37,403 bases of DNA, taken from the IMG/VR virus record IMGVR_UViG_2529293140_000005, positions 1 to 37,403 of that record; one strand, 5' to 3'. The notes below the pieces were generated by a model. The model was given only the letters and a program-made list of their open reading frames with translations. It was not told where the DNA came from and searched no databases. Of this stretch, positions 29,521-37,403 are shown one piece after another. The translations under genes and the position numbers were made by a program. Position 1 is the first letter of the stretch; each line of letters begins with the position of its first letter. Source of the DNA: a virus. Its lineage: Duplodnaviria; Heunggongvirae; Uroviricota; Caudoviricetes.

Positions 29521-30045
29521 ATGGCTATGAAATTATTTCCTGTAGTGCTATTTTTATGTTTTCTTTCATCTGGTTGCATGACTTCATCCGAGTATCATAA
29601 ATACTTAATTGATAGGATTGATGAAGGAGAAAACCAAAAGGTCGCCAAAATATTAAAAGAAAATGAGGAACACCAAGGTGGTGAATTCTTATGTAAAACA
29701 TTTGGCTCAGAATTTAAAGGCCTGAAACCAAATTCGGCAGTTAAAGTAATTGATGAAGTTGTTAGATTTAAAGTGTATGAACAAAACAACCTCATTTTTA
29801 CAAGCCCTGAACTTTCCATAAGTTCAAGAACCAAAGATAGGACGGCATCATTAGATGATGAAAATATTACTGCTAGTGTTTTCGCCGGTTACAGGGAGGA
29901 TGGCGTAGGGTACCGGTATGAAGTTAAGTTTGAAAGCAAAATAAAAGACGGTTCATTATATAAAGTTGTTTACGGAACGGCACATCAAATATTAACCCCA
30001 GTTTATGCAGGTAACATCACTATAAGTGAATGTAGAAAAATATAG
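29521..30045 (+). CDS. Lipoprotein moron (signal peptide, lipobox LSSGC), unknown function
   Basis: MAMKLFPVVLFLCFLSSGCMTSSEY. AT-rich. Own terminator downstream; the flanks are structural genes. Confidence 0.65.
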   Translation: MAMKLFPVVLFLCFLSSGCMTSSEYHKYLIDRIDEGENQKVAKILKENEEHQGGEFLCKTFGSEFKGLKPNSAVKVIDEVVRFKVYEQNNLIFTSPELSISSRTKDRTASLDDENITASVFAGYREDGVGYRYEVKFESKIKDGSLYKVVYGTAHQILTPVYAGNITISECRKI

Positions 30046-30063
30046 AGCCTTTAATTTCACACT

Positions 30064-30086
30064 AACCCGCTTCGGCGGGTTTTTTA
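30064..30086 (+). terminator. Rho-independent terminator after the lipoprotein gene
   Basis: AACCCGC TTCG GCGGGTT hairpin followed by TTTTT. Confidence 0.65.
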
Positions 30087-30106
30087 TGCCTAAATCCGGA
30101 GGAGAC

Positions 30107-32254
30107 ATGGCACTAACCCTTTTGGCTACAAACAACGCAGAAAGCACGCTGGCTTCTGCTATCAGCGCAACCGACACGTCGCTGATCGTTAGCGCTGGAA
30201 CTGGTGCCGAGTTCCCTGATGCTGTGGCAGGCGAGAGTTATTTTAAGCTCACTCTCACTGATGCCGCCACCGGTTCACAGGTTGAGATCGTGAACGTGAC
30301 AGCTAAGGCTGGGGACATCTTCACGATTGAACGTGCGCAAGAAGGAACGCTGGCGCGTGCTTGGGCGGCCAATGATATGGTTGCCAACATGATGACGGCG
30401 GACACGCTGAACATTATCGCTCAATATTCCCAGCAGGCAGCTGCATCAGCAGCACTGGCTGAAGAGTATGCAGATAACGCTTCTGACTACGCACAGAATA
30501 AGTTCACGTTCTATAAGACTGCCAGCGATCCTGATGGCACCATCGCAGGGCTGGCAGCAACTACTGACGGCCAGTCTTTCTGGGTAGCCCAGGGTCCGGA
30601 TGCGCTTTCTTCTGCATGGCAGTATCAAAACAAAGCAGGCGTGGCCGTATTGCAGGCGAAGCAGCCGGGTACAGCGGCCATAACAGGGACAACCCGCGAG
30701 TTTCCGACGCTGGCTGCGGCACAGGCTGATGCTGACGCAGGGAATATACAACCAGGAGCGAAATGCTGGGTGACAAGCGCGGATGATAGCTCTCTTGCAA
30801 ATGAATATATAAACAACTCCGGAACTTTGCAGCCTACAGGAGTAATCTCTCCTTCTTCAAAAACAATCGATAATAAAATTAATGAACGCCTCGTCCCAGG
30901 TGAATACAGGCCTGGTTATTTCCCGGCCTTCTTTGACAGGAATGGTATGGTGCCAGCATGGTTTGATGGCGGCAAATTTGATGTGGCAGGACTGGGGCCA
31001 AATGTTACACAGGTTGTTTCTGAAATTCCAAACGAATGGGCCCAGAAGTTTATCCCGCAAGGAGACTTTTCACCTTATTACTTTCCTTTTTTATATGACC
31101 AACAAGGGAACGTATATGCTTGGTTTAATGGTGGGCTATTCGATGCTCCAGGTCTTGGCCCGGTATTGCAGGAATATGTCAAAAACCTGGTGTCTGGTGG
31201 GGAAGTTGATGCGGTACGTTCCTTCATCGAAGGAGATCAGTACAAGTTCCTTTTCAAAAATAGCCGTATTTTTGCTGGCCAGTCTACCAGCCTAAACATT
31301 GCTTTTACCGGCGATTCGTGGACAGAGAAAAACACCATTCCTCAGTCTTTAATTAATATTCTTGGTGGTACATACAAAGACCCTGGCTGGATTAGTTGTT
31401 CAAACAGAACAGATGGTGTCATGTCTGGAATATCACCAGTAACCGCAACAAACTTTACGAAATATGACGGTGGCAGCAATAACACGAACATTCCGCCGTA
31501 TGGCTGTGGCCCTGATGGCAACGGATACTACAACAACAACACTGTTGGTTCGCTCGTATGGACGGGCGTGACCGTAACAAATCTTTCGGTATTTTACTAT
31601 GATGGGTCTGGAACGTTCACCATCACCATCGACAGCAATGCACCTGTAACAATCACGGGAGGGAATACAGGGACTGCCAAGAAGTATGATTTCAGCGGAC
31701 TTAGCGCTACTGCACATACGGTGACAATCCAAAGCACCGGTACTGGTGTTGTTTCCATTCTTGGTATGTATGGTAAAAATAACTCAATATCATCAGGGGT
31801 GACTGTATCCAGGATGGGTAATGGAGGAGCATTTGCAAGTGACTATTTCAACTTTTCATCATGGATAAAGCCAGTAGCTCAATACCTTGATATAGACCTC
31901 CTTTTTATTATTCTTGGAACGAATGACTTCCGGATGAGTCAGGGGCTAGCTGAGTACAAATCTGGGATTATTGAAATAATTACTAAATATAGAAGCGCAA
32001 CTCCTGATATTTGCATTTGCCTTATGTCCCCTGCACAGTGTAACGCCACAGGAACACCCGCACTGTCAGAATACGATAAAGCAATGAGGGAAATAGCGGT
32101 TGAATATAATGTAAATTTCATTAGTGGTTATCAATTATTCCCCAAAGTGTATAGCAGTTCAGGAGGTGCGTGGGAAGATGCCTTGCATCTTAGCGCCTTG
32201 GGCGCATATGTACTAACGAGAAAGATCAAAAAAGAATTTTTCCTGGGAGCTTAA
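30107..32254 (+). CDS. Tail fibre/spike protein with a C-terminal SGNH/GDSL hydrolase (esterase) domain
   Basis: ATG at 30107 with GGAGGAG RBS. N-terminus homologous to the second fibre gene. GDSL block IAFTGDSWTE, later ILGTNDF and DALHLS. Confidence 0.7.
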   Translation: MALTLLATNNAESTLASAISATDTSLIVSAGTGAEFPDAVAGESYFKLTLTDAATGSQVEIVNVTAKAGDIFTIERAQEGTLARAWAANDMVANMMTADTLNIIAQYSQQAAASAALAEEYADNASDYAQNKFTFYKTASDPDGTIAGLAATTDGQSFWVAQGPDALSSAWQYQNKAGVAVLQAKQPGTAAITGTTREFPTLAAAQADADAGNIQPGAKCWVTSADDSSLANEYINNSGTLQPTGVISPSSKTIDNKINERLVPGEYRPGYFPAFFDRNGMVPAWFDGGKFDVAGLGPNVTQVVSEIPNEWAQKFIPQGDFSPYYFPFLYDQQGNVYAWFNGGLFDAPGLGPVLQEYVKNLVSGGEVDAVRSFIEGDQYKFLFKNSRIFAGQSTSLNIAFTGDSWTEKNTIPQSLINILGGTYKDPGWISCSNRTDGVMSGISPVTATNFTKYDGGSNNTNIPPYGCGPDGNGYYNNNTVGSLVWTGVTVTNLSVFYYDGSGTFTITIDSNAPVTITGGNTGTAKKYDFSGLSATAHTVTIQSTGTGVVSILGMYGKNNSISSGVTVSRMGNGGAFASDYFNFSSWIKPVAQYLDIDLLFIILGTNDFRMSQGLAEYKSGIIEIITKYRSATPDICICLMSPAQCNATGTPALSEYDKAMREIAVEYNVNFISGYQLFPKVYSSSGGAWEDALHLSALGAYVLTRKIKKEFFLGA

Positions 32255-32256
32255 TA

Positions 32257-33015
32257 ATGCCGATATCAGCTATTTATATAGACGCCACTCTTCCAGTTAT
32301 CTCTGGAATGAAAACTTTATCTGACTTTGATGTGTCAAACTGGTTTATTGGCCTGCCAACCACAGGTGCAACACCTTATGCTGGTTTCTATTTTGGGGAC
32401 CCCGTAACCGACATAACCTACAACTCTTATAATAAAGATTCTCCGGCAGTCATTCATGGAAATGTAAACAATTCTCCTGGATATATATCTGTAAATACAA
32501 CAGATTACATGGATACTAATCAGAAGGCTACTCTGTCATTATCTGTTTGTGGGGTTGCCAAGCGCAATCCAGCAGGCGCATCACTTAACGCCCATATGAT
32601 TGCAGATTTTGCTGGCAGTGGGTCTGCTGCAAGTGGTTTTTCGGTAGGGTTTACAAACGGCACAGGAAGTCTTTTTTGTGTTGGACAAAATAACGGACAA
32701 TCTTCAGCTGGTTATGCTTACGCTACATTCCCAACCGCAATCGCAGTCGGAGATATATTTGCATTTTGCGCATCGATAACTCAAGGCTCCGTTACAGTAG
32801 ATATATTTAATCCTGAAACTGGAACTCTTATTTCCGGGAGTGAAACATTTCCCGGGACCAGGGTGGCAGGTACTAATAATGTACTGCTTGGTAGAAAAAC
32901 TGATAACAACAGCGAAACAAGTACCAAGTACATTAAGTCTTGTCTGTTGATGAACGGCATTCTTACCTCAGCAGAAAAAATATCTGTCTCTCAGTTTTTA
33001 CTGGCGATGCAATAA
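32257..33015 (+). CDS. Hypothetical protein downstream of fibre 1 (possible fibre accessory or receptor-binding partner)
   Basis: 252 aa, AT-rich, start adjacent to the fibre stop. Confidence 0.4.
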   Translation: MPISAIYIDATLPVISGMKTLSDFDVSNWFIGLPTTGATPYAGFYFGDPVTDITYNSYNKDSPAVIHGNVNNSPGYISVNTTDYMDTNQKATLSLSVCGVAKRNPAGASLNAHMIADFAGSGSAASGFSVGFTNGTGSLFCVGQNNGQSSAGYAYATFPTAIAVGDIFAFCASITQGSVTVDIFNPETGTLISGSETFPGTRVAGTNNVLLGRKTDNNSETSTKYIKSCLLMNGILTSAEKISVSQFLLAMQ

Positions 33016-33019
33016 CGAG

Positions 33020-33259
33020 TTATGCGCTCAGATGTTTGACACATGAGAAGAATTGCAATTTACCGCCATCAGTAAGCTCCACCATTATCGTGTTAGTGCC
33101 ATCTGAAGTTTCAGCCCAACCATGTGACTGTAGGGCCTCGTAGTCAACCCCATTTTTGCTGAGCTTGAGGCCCAGGTCATCGGATTTACGTAGTATTCTG
33201 CGAACAAGAGTGTCACTTTTTGTACTCATTTTGGTGGCGGAGTGTCTTGGATAAAACAT
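33020..33259 (-). CDS. Small hypothetical protein (69-79 aa), divergent from the LexA-box operon
   Basis: Minus-strand ORF; alternative start at 33229; no recognisable motif. Confidence 0.3.
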   Translation of the reverse strand: MFYPRHSATKMSTKSDTLVRRILRKSDDLGLKLSKNGVDYEALQSHGWAETSDGTNTIMVELTDGGKLQFFSCVKHLSA

Positions 33260-33357
33260 GTATTGATATCAATTAGTTGTGTGAAAAGCAATTTAAGAGG
33301 CTACCGGAAGATAAAACAAAGTCATCATCAAGTATTGATCCGACTCTTTGATGAAAC

Positions 33358-33377
33358 TACTGTATATAAAAACAGTA
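33358..33377. promoter_or_regulatory. LexA (SOS) box TACTGTATATAAAAACAGTA
   Basis: Perfect CTGT-N8-ACAG palindrome with an AT-rich spacer, 18 bp upstream of the ATG at 33395; RBS GGAGG at 33384..33388. Confidence 0.75.
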
Positions 33378-33394
33378 TCAATCGGAGGCAGATC

Positions 33395-33634
33395 ATGCAC
33401 CGTCAGTCAGACATCGCCGCGGCTTTCCGCGAGTCCATTTTGCGCAGTTCCAAGGGGTTCCAGTACCTTCACACCCGAGACTTCGTTACCGCACTGCTCC
33501 TGCGCGGCATCCACTTATCCGAGGTGGAGGCGAACTCCTGGATCGCACGCGAGCAGACGTATTTCGTCGATAAGACGCCGGACCATAGCGAAAACAGGCT
33601 GTGGATGATGGTCAACATGGGGAGGGTGATCTAA
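33395..33634 (+). CDS. Small SOS-regulated protein (79 aa), unknown function
   Basis: First gene after the LexA box; its stop overlaps the next start (TAATG). Confidence 0.5.
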   Translation: MHRQSDIAAAFRESILRSSKGFQYLHTRDFVTALLLRGIHLSEVEANSWIAREQTYFVDKTPDHSENRLWMMVNMGRVI

Positions 33635-33951
33635 TGGGATTCCCTTCACCCGCGACGGACTACGTAGAACAGCGCCTGTCCGTTAACTCGATATGCAATG
33701 TCGGGCCGAACACCCGCGTTTTCGAAAGGGATGGCGGTTATGTTGTGCTGGATATCTCCCTGAAGCCAAAGCAGGGAAGCCAGGTTCTTATCCAGCACGG
33801 CGGCGGGACCGAACTTGCCACGTTGAGAGGGCGTTCGCTGATTACTGAAGACGGCGAAGCGATTGAAGGTGAGGTCCTGGACGATGTTACTGTCATCGGG
33901 GTCGTGACGTTTACTATCTGCGATGTTCGTTCTGATAATTCTATTATTTAA
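33634..33951 (+). CDS. UmuD'-like protein (S24 fold, pre-truncated, lacking Ser/Lys catalytic residues)
   Basis: N-terminus MGFPSPATDYVEQR matches the UmuD region just after the Cys24-Gly25 cleavage site (GFPSPAADYVEQR). The core aligns with UmuD', but the GDSM Ser segment is absent and the Lys position is not conserved. Confidence 0.6.
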   Translation: MGFPSPATDYVEQRLSVNSICNVGPNTRVFERDGGYVVLDISLKPKQGSQVLIQHGGGTELATLRGRSLITEDGEAIEGEVLDDVTVIGVVTFTICDVRSDNSII

Positions 33952-33962
33952 CTGGGGTATAT

Positions 33963-34994
33963 ATGGCGCTTAAGCTATTAGCCAATAATAACGCAAAGAG
34001 TGTTCTCGCTGCGGGTATTAGCGCGTCCGCTACCGTTATTACCGTGGGTGCTGGGGCGGGGGCTTTATTCCCTTCCCCAGTATCTGGGCAGAGTTATTTC
34101 AAGTTAACGATAACCGACGCGGCCACGAAAACAATTTCTGAAATTATGCACGTTACGTCTGTATCCGGTGACGTGATGACAGTAATTCGTGGTCAGGAAG
34201 GAACTACGGCGCGCGTATGGTCAACGAATGACATTGTCGCGAATTTAATGACCGCCGGGTCATTATTATCTTTCCTGCAGATCGGTAATAACCTGTCAGA
34301 AATTAAAGATGCCGGTGAGGATGCGATAAATGAAGCCCGTTATAACCTCGGAATATCTGATTCCTCTGGTTTTGTCGGGCGTTCACTTGGCGCTCCAAAA
34401 GCTTTCTATGCAAACGGAACCTATACGCGATCTCCTCTGGCCCGTTATGCAAAAGTAACGTTGACCGGTGCCGGTGGCGGCGGTGGCGGCTGCCAGGCCT
34501 CCAACAATACAGAAACCTTCTCCGGTGCTGGCGGCGGCGCGGGCGCGACCATTATCGTATGGGTTGACCTGTCTGCTGCCAGTTCTTACGCGATTACTGT
34601 CGGCAAGGGTGGTAAGGGCGGAGTTGGCGCAGTAAGTGGTGCGGATGGTGGTGCTACCTCGTTTGCCAGCCTGTTCTCAGCTCCTGGCGGGAAAGGCGGC
34701 GTGAAGTCAGGCGTGTCCAATACCGCCGGCGGCGCCGGAGGTACGGCGGCGACCGGAGATATCAGGATCAACGGTGGTACCGGCTCAGATGGACAGACAG
34801 GGTCAAGCCTTCTGACAGGCAACGGTGGGGCGTCGTATTTTGGCGGCGGTGGCCGGGCGGGTTCTCAGGCCGGTATTGCTGGCGCAGCTCCCGGATCCGG
34901 TGGTGGTGGCGCGTATGACCTTGGGTTTACCGGTACGGCATTTACCGGTGGTGATGGTGCTACTGGCATGGCGATCGTGGAAGAATTCGCGTAA
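33963..34994 (+). CDS. Second tail-fibre protein with a Gly-rich C-terminal domain
   Basis: First ~100 aa homologous to the N-terminus of fibre 1 (MALKLLANNNAKSVLAAGISA... vs MALTLLATNNAESTLASAISA...). C-terminus is Gly-rich repeats. Confidence 0.6.
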   Translation: MALKLLANNNAKSVLAAGISASATVITVGAGAGALFPSPVSGQSYFKLTITDAATKTISEIMHVTSVSGDVMTVIRGQEGTTARVWSTNDIVANLMTAGSLLSFLQIGNNLSEIKDAGEDAINEARYNLGISDSSGFVGRSLGAPKAFYANGTYTRSPLARYAKVTLTGAGGGGGGCQASNNTETFSGAGGGAGATIIVWVDLSAASSYAITVGKGGKGGVGAVSGADGGATSFASLFSAPGGKGGVKSGVSNTAGGAGGTAATGDIRINGGTGSDGQTGSSLLTGNGGASYFGGGGRAGSQAGIAGAAPGSGGGGAYDLGFTGTAFTGGDGATGMAIVEEFA

Positions 34995-34998
34995 TGGC

Positions 34999-36195
34999 TT
35001 ACTCGCCTGCGCGACCATCAATGTAATCAGCCCACCACTGCATCATTTCTCTGCGCTTATCGAGATACTGAGCATGGTTGTAAATCCCGCGCACAGAACC
35101 GCCGTTGGCATGTGCCAGTTGCACTTCAATAGCATCAGCAGGCCATTCGTTCTCGTTCATAATCGTGCTGAATTCATGCCTGAATCCGTGACCGCTTTCC
35201 AGACCCTCATAGCCGATTTGTTTGATCACAAGTAGCACCGCGTTCTCGCAGATTGGCTTCTTCTTATCGTTGCGCCCGGCAAAAACAAACTCTGATACTG
35301 GTTTGGTGATTGAGCTTAGCGTAGTGAGAAGTTCAACCACCTGGTCTGACATCGGTACTACATGGATCCTTCGTCCTTTCATCACACTGGCGTCGATGGT
35401 GATAATCCTGTTTTCAAAATCGACGTTCTTCCATAGCATGGAACGAAGCTCTTTCGTTCTTAGGGCAGTGTAGCGTAAAATCTTGGTGGCAATGAGCGAT
35501 ACGATACTTCCTGAAAATGTTGCCAGTGCTTTGTTGAATGCCGGGATCTGGTCTGCAGGAAGAAACGGGAAGTTCTTCTTGCGGTATCCCTTCATGGCGT
35601 CAGCAAGGTCAGGTGCCGGGTTATATTTAGCCCTACCGGTGACAATAGCGTAACGGAAAACCTCGCCGCATCTTCTGCGTGCTTTGTTGGCTCGCTCCAT
35701 TGCACCGCGATCTTCAAATCTGCGGATTACTTCCAGCAGTTGCATCGGCTCAATATCCTGAATCTCAAGACCGCCGATGATGGGTAAAATGTCGTCATCA
35801 AACATTTTTGCAAGTTCAGTTGCATAGCCTACAGACCAGACTTGCTTCTTGTGCTCGTACCATTCCTTGTAAATCGCACTAAAGGAATTGTTGTTAGACG
35901 AAGCCTTTTTCGCCTTTACCGGATCGATACCAACCGAGATGTCTTTCCTCGCAGTCCATGCTTTATCCCTTGCCTCCTGCAAAGTCATAAGCGGATATTT
36001 TCCGACAGTCAGGATTTTCTCCTTACCGTCAATCTTGTAGCGAAGCTGCCATACCTTTTTCCCGGATACAGGGACATAAAGGTACAGGCCATTACCATCG
36101 AGAAGGCGATATGGTTTTTCTTTCGGCTTTGCTGCTTCAATCTGCTTAACGGTGAGCATGGGTAAAAATCCGGTGGGTAAAATTATTTTATCCAC
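34999..36195 (-). CDS. intS: Tyrosine site-specific integrase (P4-type)
   Basis: 398 aa; C-terminal catalytic motifs (HGFRHEF..., final Y region); adjacent to a tRNA 3' end. Symbol assigned from the argW/yfdC context as recalled for E. coli. Confidence 0.85.
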   Translation of the reverse strand: MDKIILPTGFLPMLTVKQIEAAKPKEKPYRLLDGNGLYLYVPVSGKKVWQLRYKIDGKEKILTVGKYPLMTLQEARDKAWTARKDISVGIDPVKAKKASSNNNSFSAIYKEWYEHKKQVWSVGYATELAKMFDDDILPIIGGLEIQDIEPMQLLEVIRRFEDRGAMERANKARRRCGEVFRYAIVTGRAKYNPAPDLADAMKGYRKKNFPFLPADQIPAFNKALATFSGSIVSLIATKILRYTALRTKELRSMLWKNVDFENRIITIDASVMKGRRIHVVPMSDQVVELLTTLSSITKPVSEFVFAGRNDKKKPICENAVLLVIKQIGYEGLESGHGFRHEFSTIMNENEWPADAIEVQLAHANGGSVRGIYNHAQYLDKRREMMQWWADYIDGRAGE

Positions 36196-36320
36196 TTTTT
36201 ACCCGTCATGGAGTGCGGCTGTCAACGATCTGACGCGAACCATGACGAACTGCGAATCTACGGAAGGCTTGATATTCAGGGGATTTTGCGGACTGGTACG
36301 GATGGGCGCGAACTGATAAA

Positions 36321-36395
36321 TGGTGTCCCCTGCAGGAATCGAACCTGCAATTAGCCCTTAGGAGGGGCTCGTTATATCCATTTAACTAAGAGGAC
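36321..36395 (-). tRNA. argW: tRNA-Arg (anticodon CCU)
   Basis: Reverse complement reads GTCCTCTTAGTTAAATGGATATAACGAGCCCCTCCTAAGGGCTAATTGCAGGTTCGATTCCTGCAGGGGACACCA: cloverleaf with GGTTCGATTCC T-loop, CCT anticodon, 3' CCA. Confidence 0.85.
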
Positions 36396-36470
36396 AATGC
36401 GGCATGAGTATACCCGCTAATGGAGTGCGGGGTAAGTACGCTGCCGCTCGATTGCTTAAACCCTCGCCAT

Positions 36471-37403
36471 TTATGCCGGGTTTTTATAATTTTTCTTAAT
36501 GTTTTCCGCACGTTCTGCTTTTTGGCGTGCTTCTGCTTTACGCTTATTGCTCATGTCGTTACGAATCTGTGCATGACTCATTAACGCGAAGATAAAGGTG
36601 CCGCCGCAGATGTTCCCCGCTAAAGTAGGTAGTGCGAAGGGCCAGATGAAATCGCTCCAGTGCAGCGTACCGTTAAACACCAGATAGAGGATTTCAACAG
36701 AACCGACCACGATATGGGTGGTGTCACCCAGGGCAATAAGCCAGGTCATCAATATAATCACCACAATCTTTGCCGCACCCGCTGCAGGAAACATCCAAAC
36801 CATAGTGGCGATCAGCCAGCCGGAAATGATCGCGTTGGCAAACATCTCGCTGGGGGTGTTCTTCATCACATCCATGCCGATTTTGACAAATGCATCGCGA
36901 GTTTCTTCATTGAAGATAGGCATATATTCAAATGCCCACGCCGCAATACCTGTCCCGAGAATATTACCCAGCAGCACGACGCCCCATAACCGTATAAGTA
37001 AGCCGACGTTGCTCATTGTCGGTTTTTGCATGACGGGTAGTACCGCAGTCACGGTATTTTCGGTAAATAATTGCTGGCGGGCCATAATGACGATAATAAA
37101 ACCAAAGGTATAACCGAGATTCTCCAGCAAGAAGCTGCCCGGCACACCTTCCAGTTCGACTTGAAATATCCCTTTTGCCAGTAACGAAGCGCCCATCGAC
37201 AGACCCGCCGCAATGGCTGACCACAGTAGCGCCATTGCGTCGCGTTCCAGCTCTTTTTCACCATCCTGGCGGATATGCTCATGAATTGCCATCGCCCGGG
37301 AGGGGAGTCGGTCTTCATCTATTTCTATTTTTTTGCCGCGCTCTTTTTCTTCGCTCTCAACTTCAATTTCGTCGCTGTGTTGATCAATTTTGTCGTTGTC
37401 CAT
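36471..37403 (-). CDS. yfdC: Host inner-membrane protein, formate/nitrite transporter family (YfdC-like)
   Basis: 310 aa with multiple hydrophobic helices; ATG at the window edge. E. coli argW context recalled from memory. Confidence 0.65.
   Translation of the reverse strand: MDNDKIDQHSDEIEVESEEKERGKKIEIDEDRLPSRAMAIHEHIRQDGEKELERDAMALLWSAIAAGLSMGASLLAKGIFQVELEGVPGSFLLENLGYTFGFIIVIMARQQLFTENTVTAVLPVMQKPTMSNVGLLIRLWGVVLLGNILGTGIAAWAFEYMPIFNEETRDAFVKIGMDVMKNTPSEMFANAIISGWLIATMVWMFPAAGAAKIVVIILMTWLIALGDTTHIVVGSVEILYLVFNGTLHWSDFIWPFALPTLAGNICGGTFIFALMSHAQIRNDMSNKRKAEARQKAERAENIKKNYKNPA

Noticed and set aside
33634-33951. Full UmuD/UmuC mutagenesis operon
   Set aside because: Only a truncated UmuD'-like ORF is present; no UmuC-like ORF of ~420 aa follows, so this is not a conventional umuDC/impAB cassette.
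30107-34994. Invertible tail-fibre segment (Mu G or P1 C type)
   Set aside because: Both fibre genes are on the same strand, and no invertase gene or inverted crossover repeats were seen.

Overview
The window covers the right-hand ~36 kb of a mosaic lambdoid prophage, plus about 1 kb of host DNA. The prophage ends at the 3' end of a minus-strand tRNA-Arg(CCU) gene (36321..36395, argW-like), next to a P4-type tyrosine integrase and a host FNT-family membrane protein gene (yfdC-like). Phage genes run left to right, almost all on the + strand: a lambda-type immunity region (cI N-terminus, oR1-3, cro, cII-like), an O-like initiator with internal iterons and a DnaB-type helicase, a nin region (NinB, adenine methyltransferase, NinE, NinF, NinG, NinI), a Q-like protein, the lysis cassette (S, R, Rz/Rz1), terminase, portal, head genes, a contractile-tail module (sheath, tube, chaperone, tape measure, baseplate) and two tail-fibre genes. 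Features not explained by a standard phage map are: (1) a perfect LexA box driving a two-gene operon whose second product is a UmuD'-like protein missing the Ser/Lys catalytic residues, sitting between the two tail-fibre genes; (2) a canonical Nudix hydrolase domain fused to the N-terminus of the scaffold-position head protein; (3) an HNH/AP2-type homing endonuclease gene inserted into ninF; (4) a -1 frameshift in the cI N-terminus as sequenced; (5) a signal-peptide lipoprotein moron with its own terminator in the tail module; (6) two tail-fibre genes with homologous N-termini, one carrying an SGNH/GDSL esterase domain; (7) one ~70-aa domain repeated in a head protein, the sheath and a baseplate protein. 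No CRISPR array or rRNA was found. All homology statements come from reading the translations and from memory of lambda and E. coli proteins; no database search was run.
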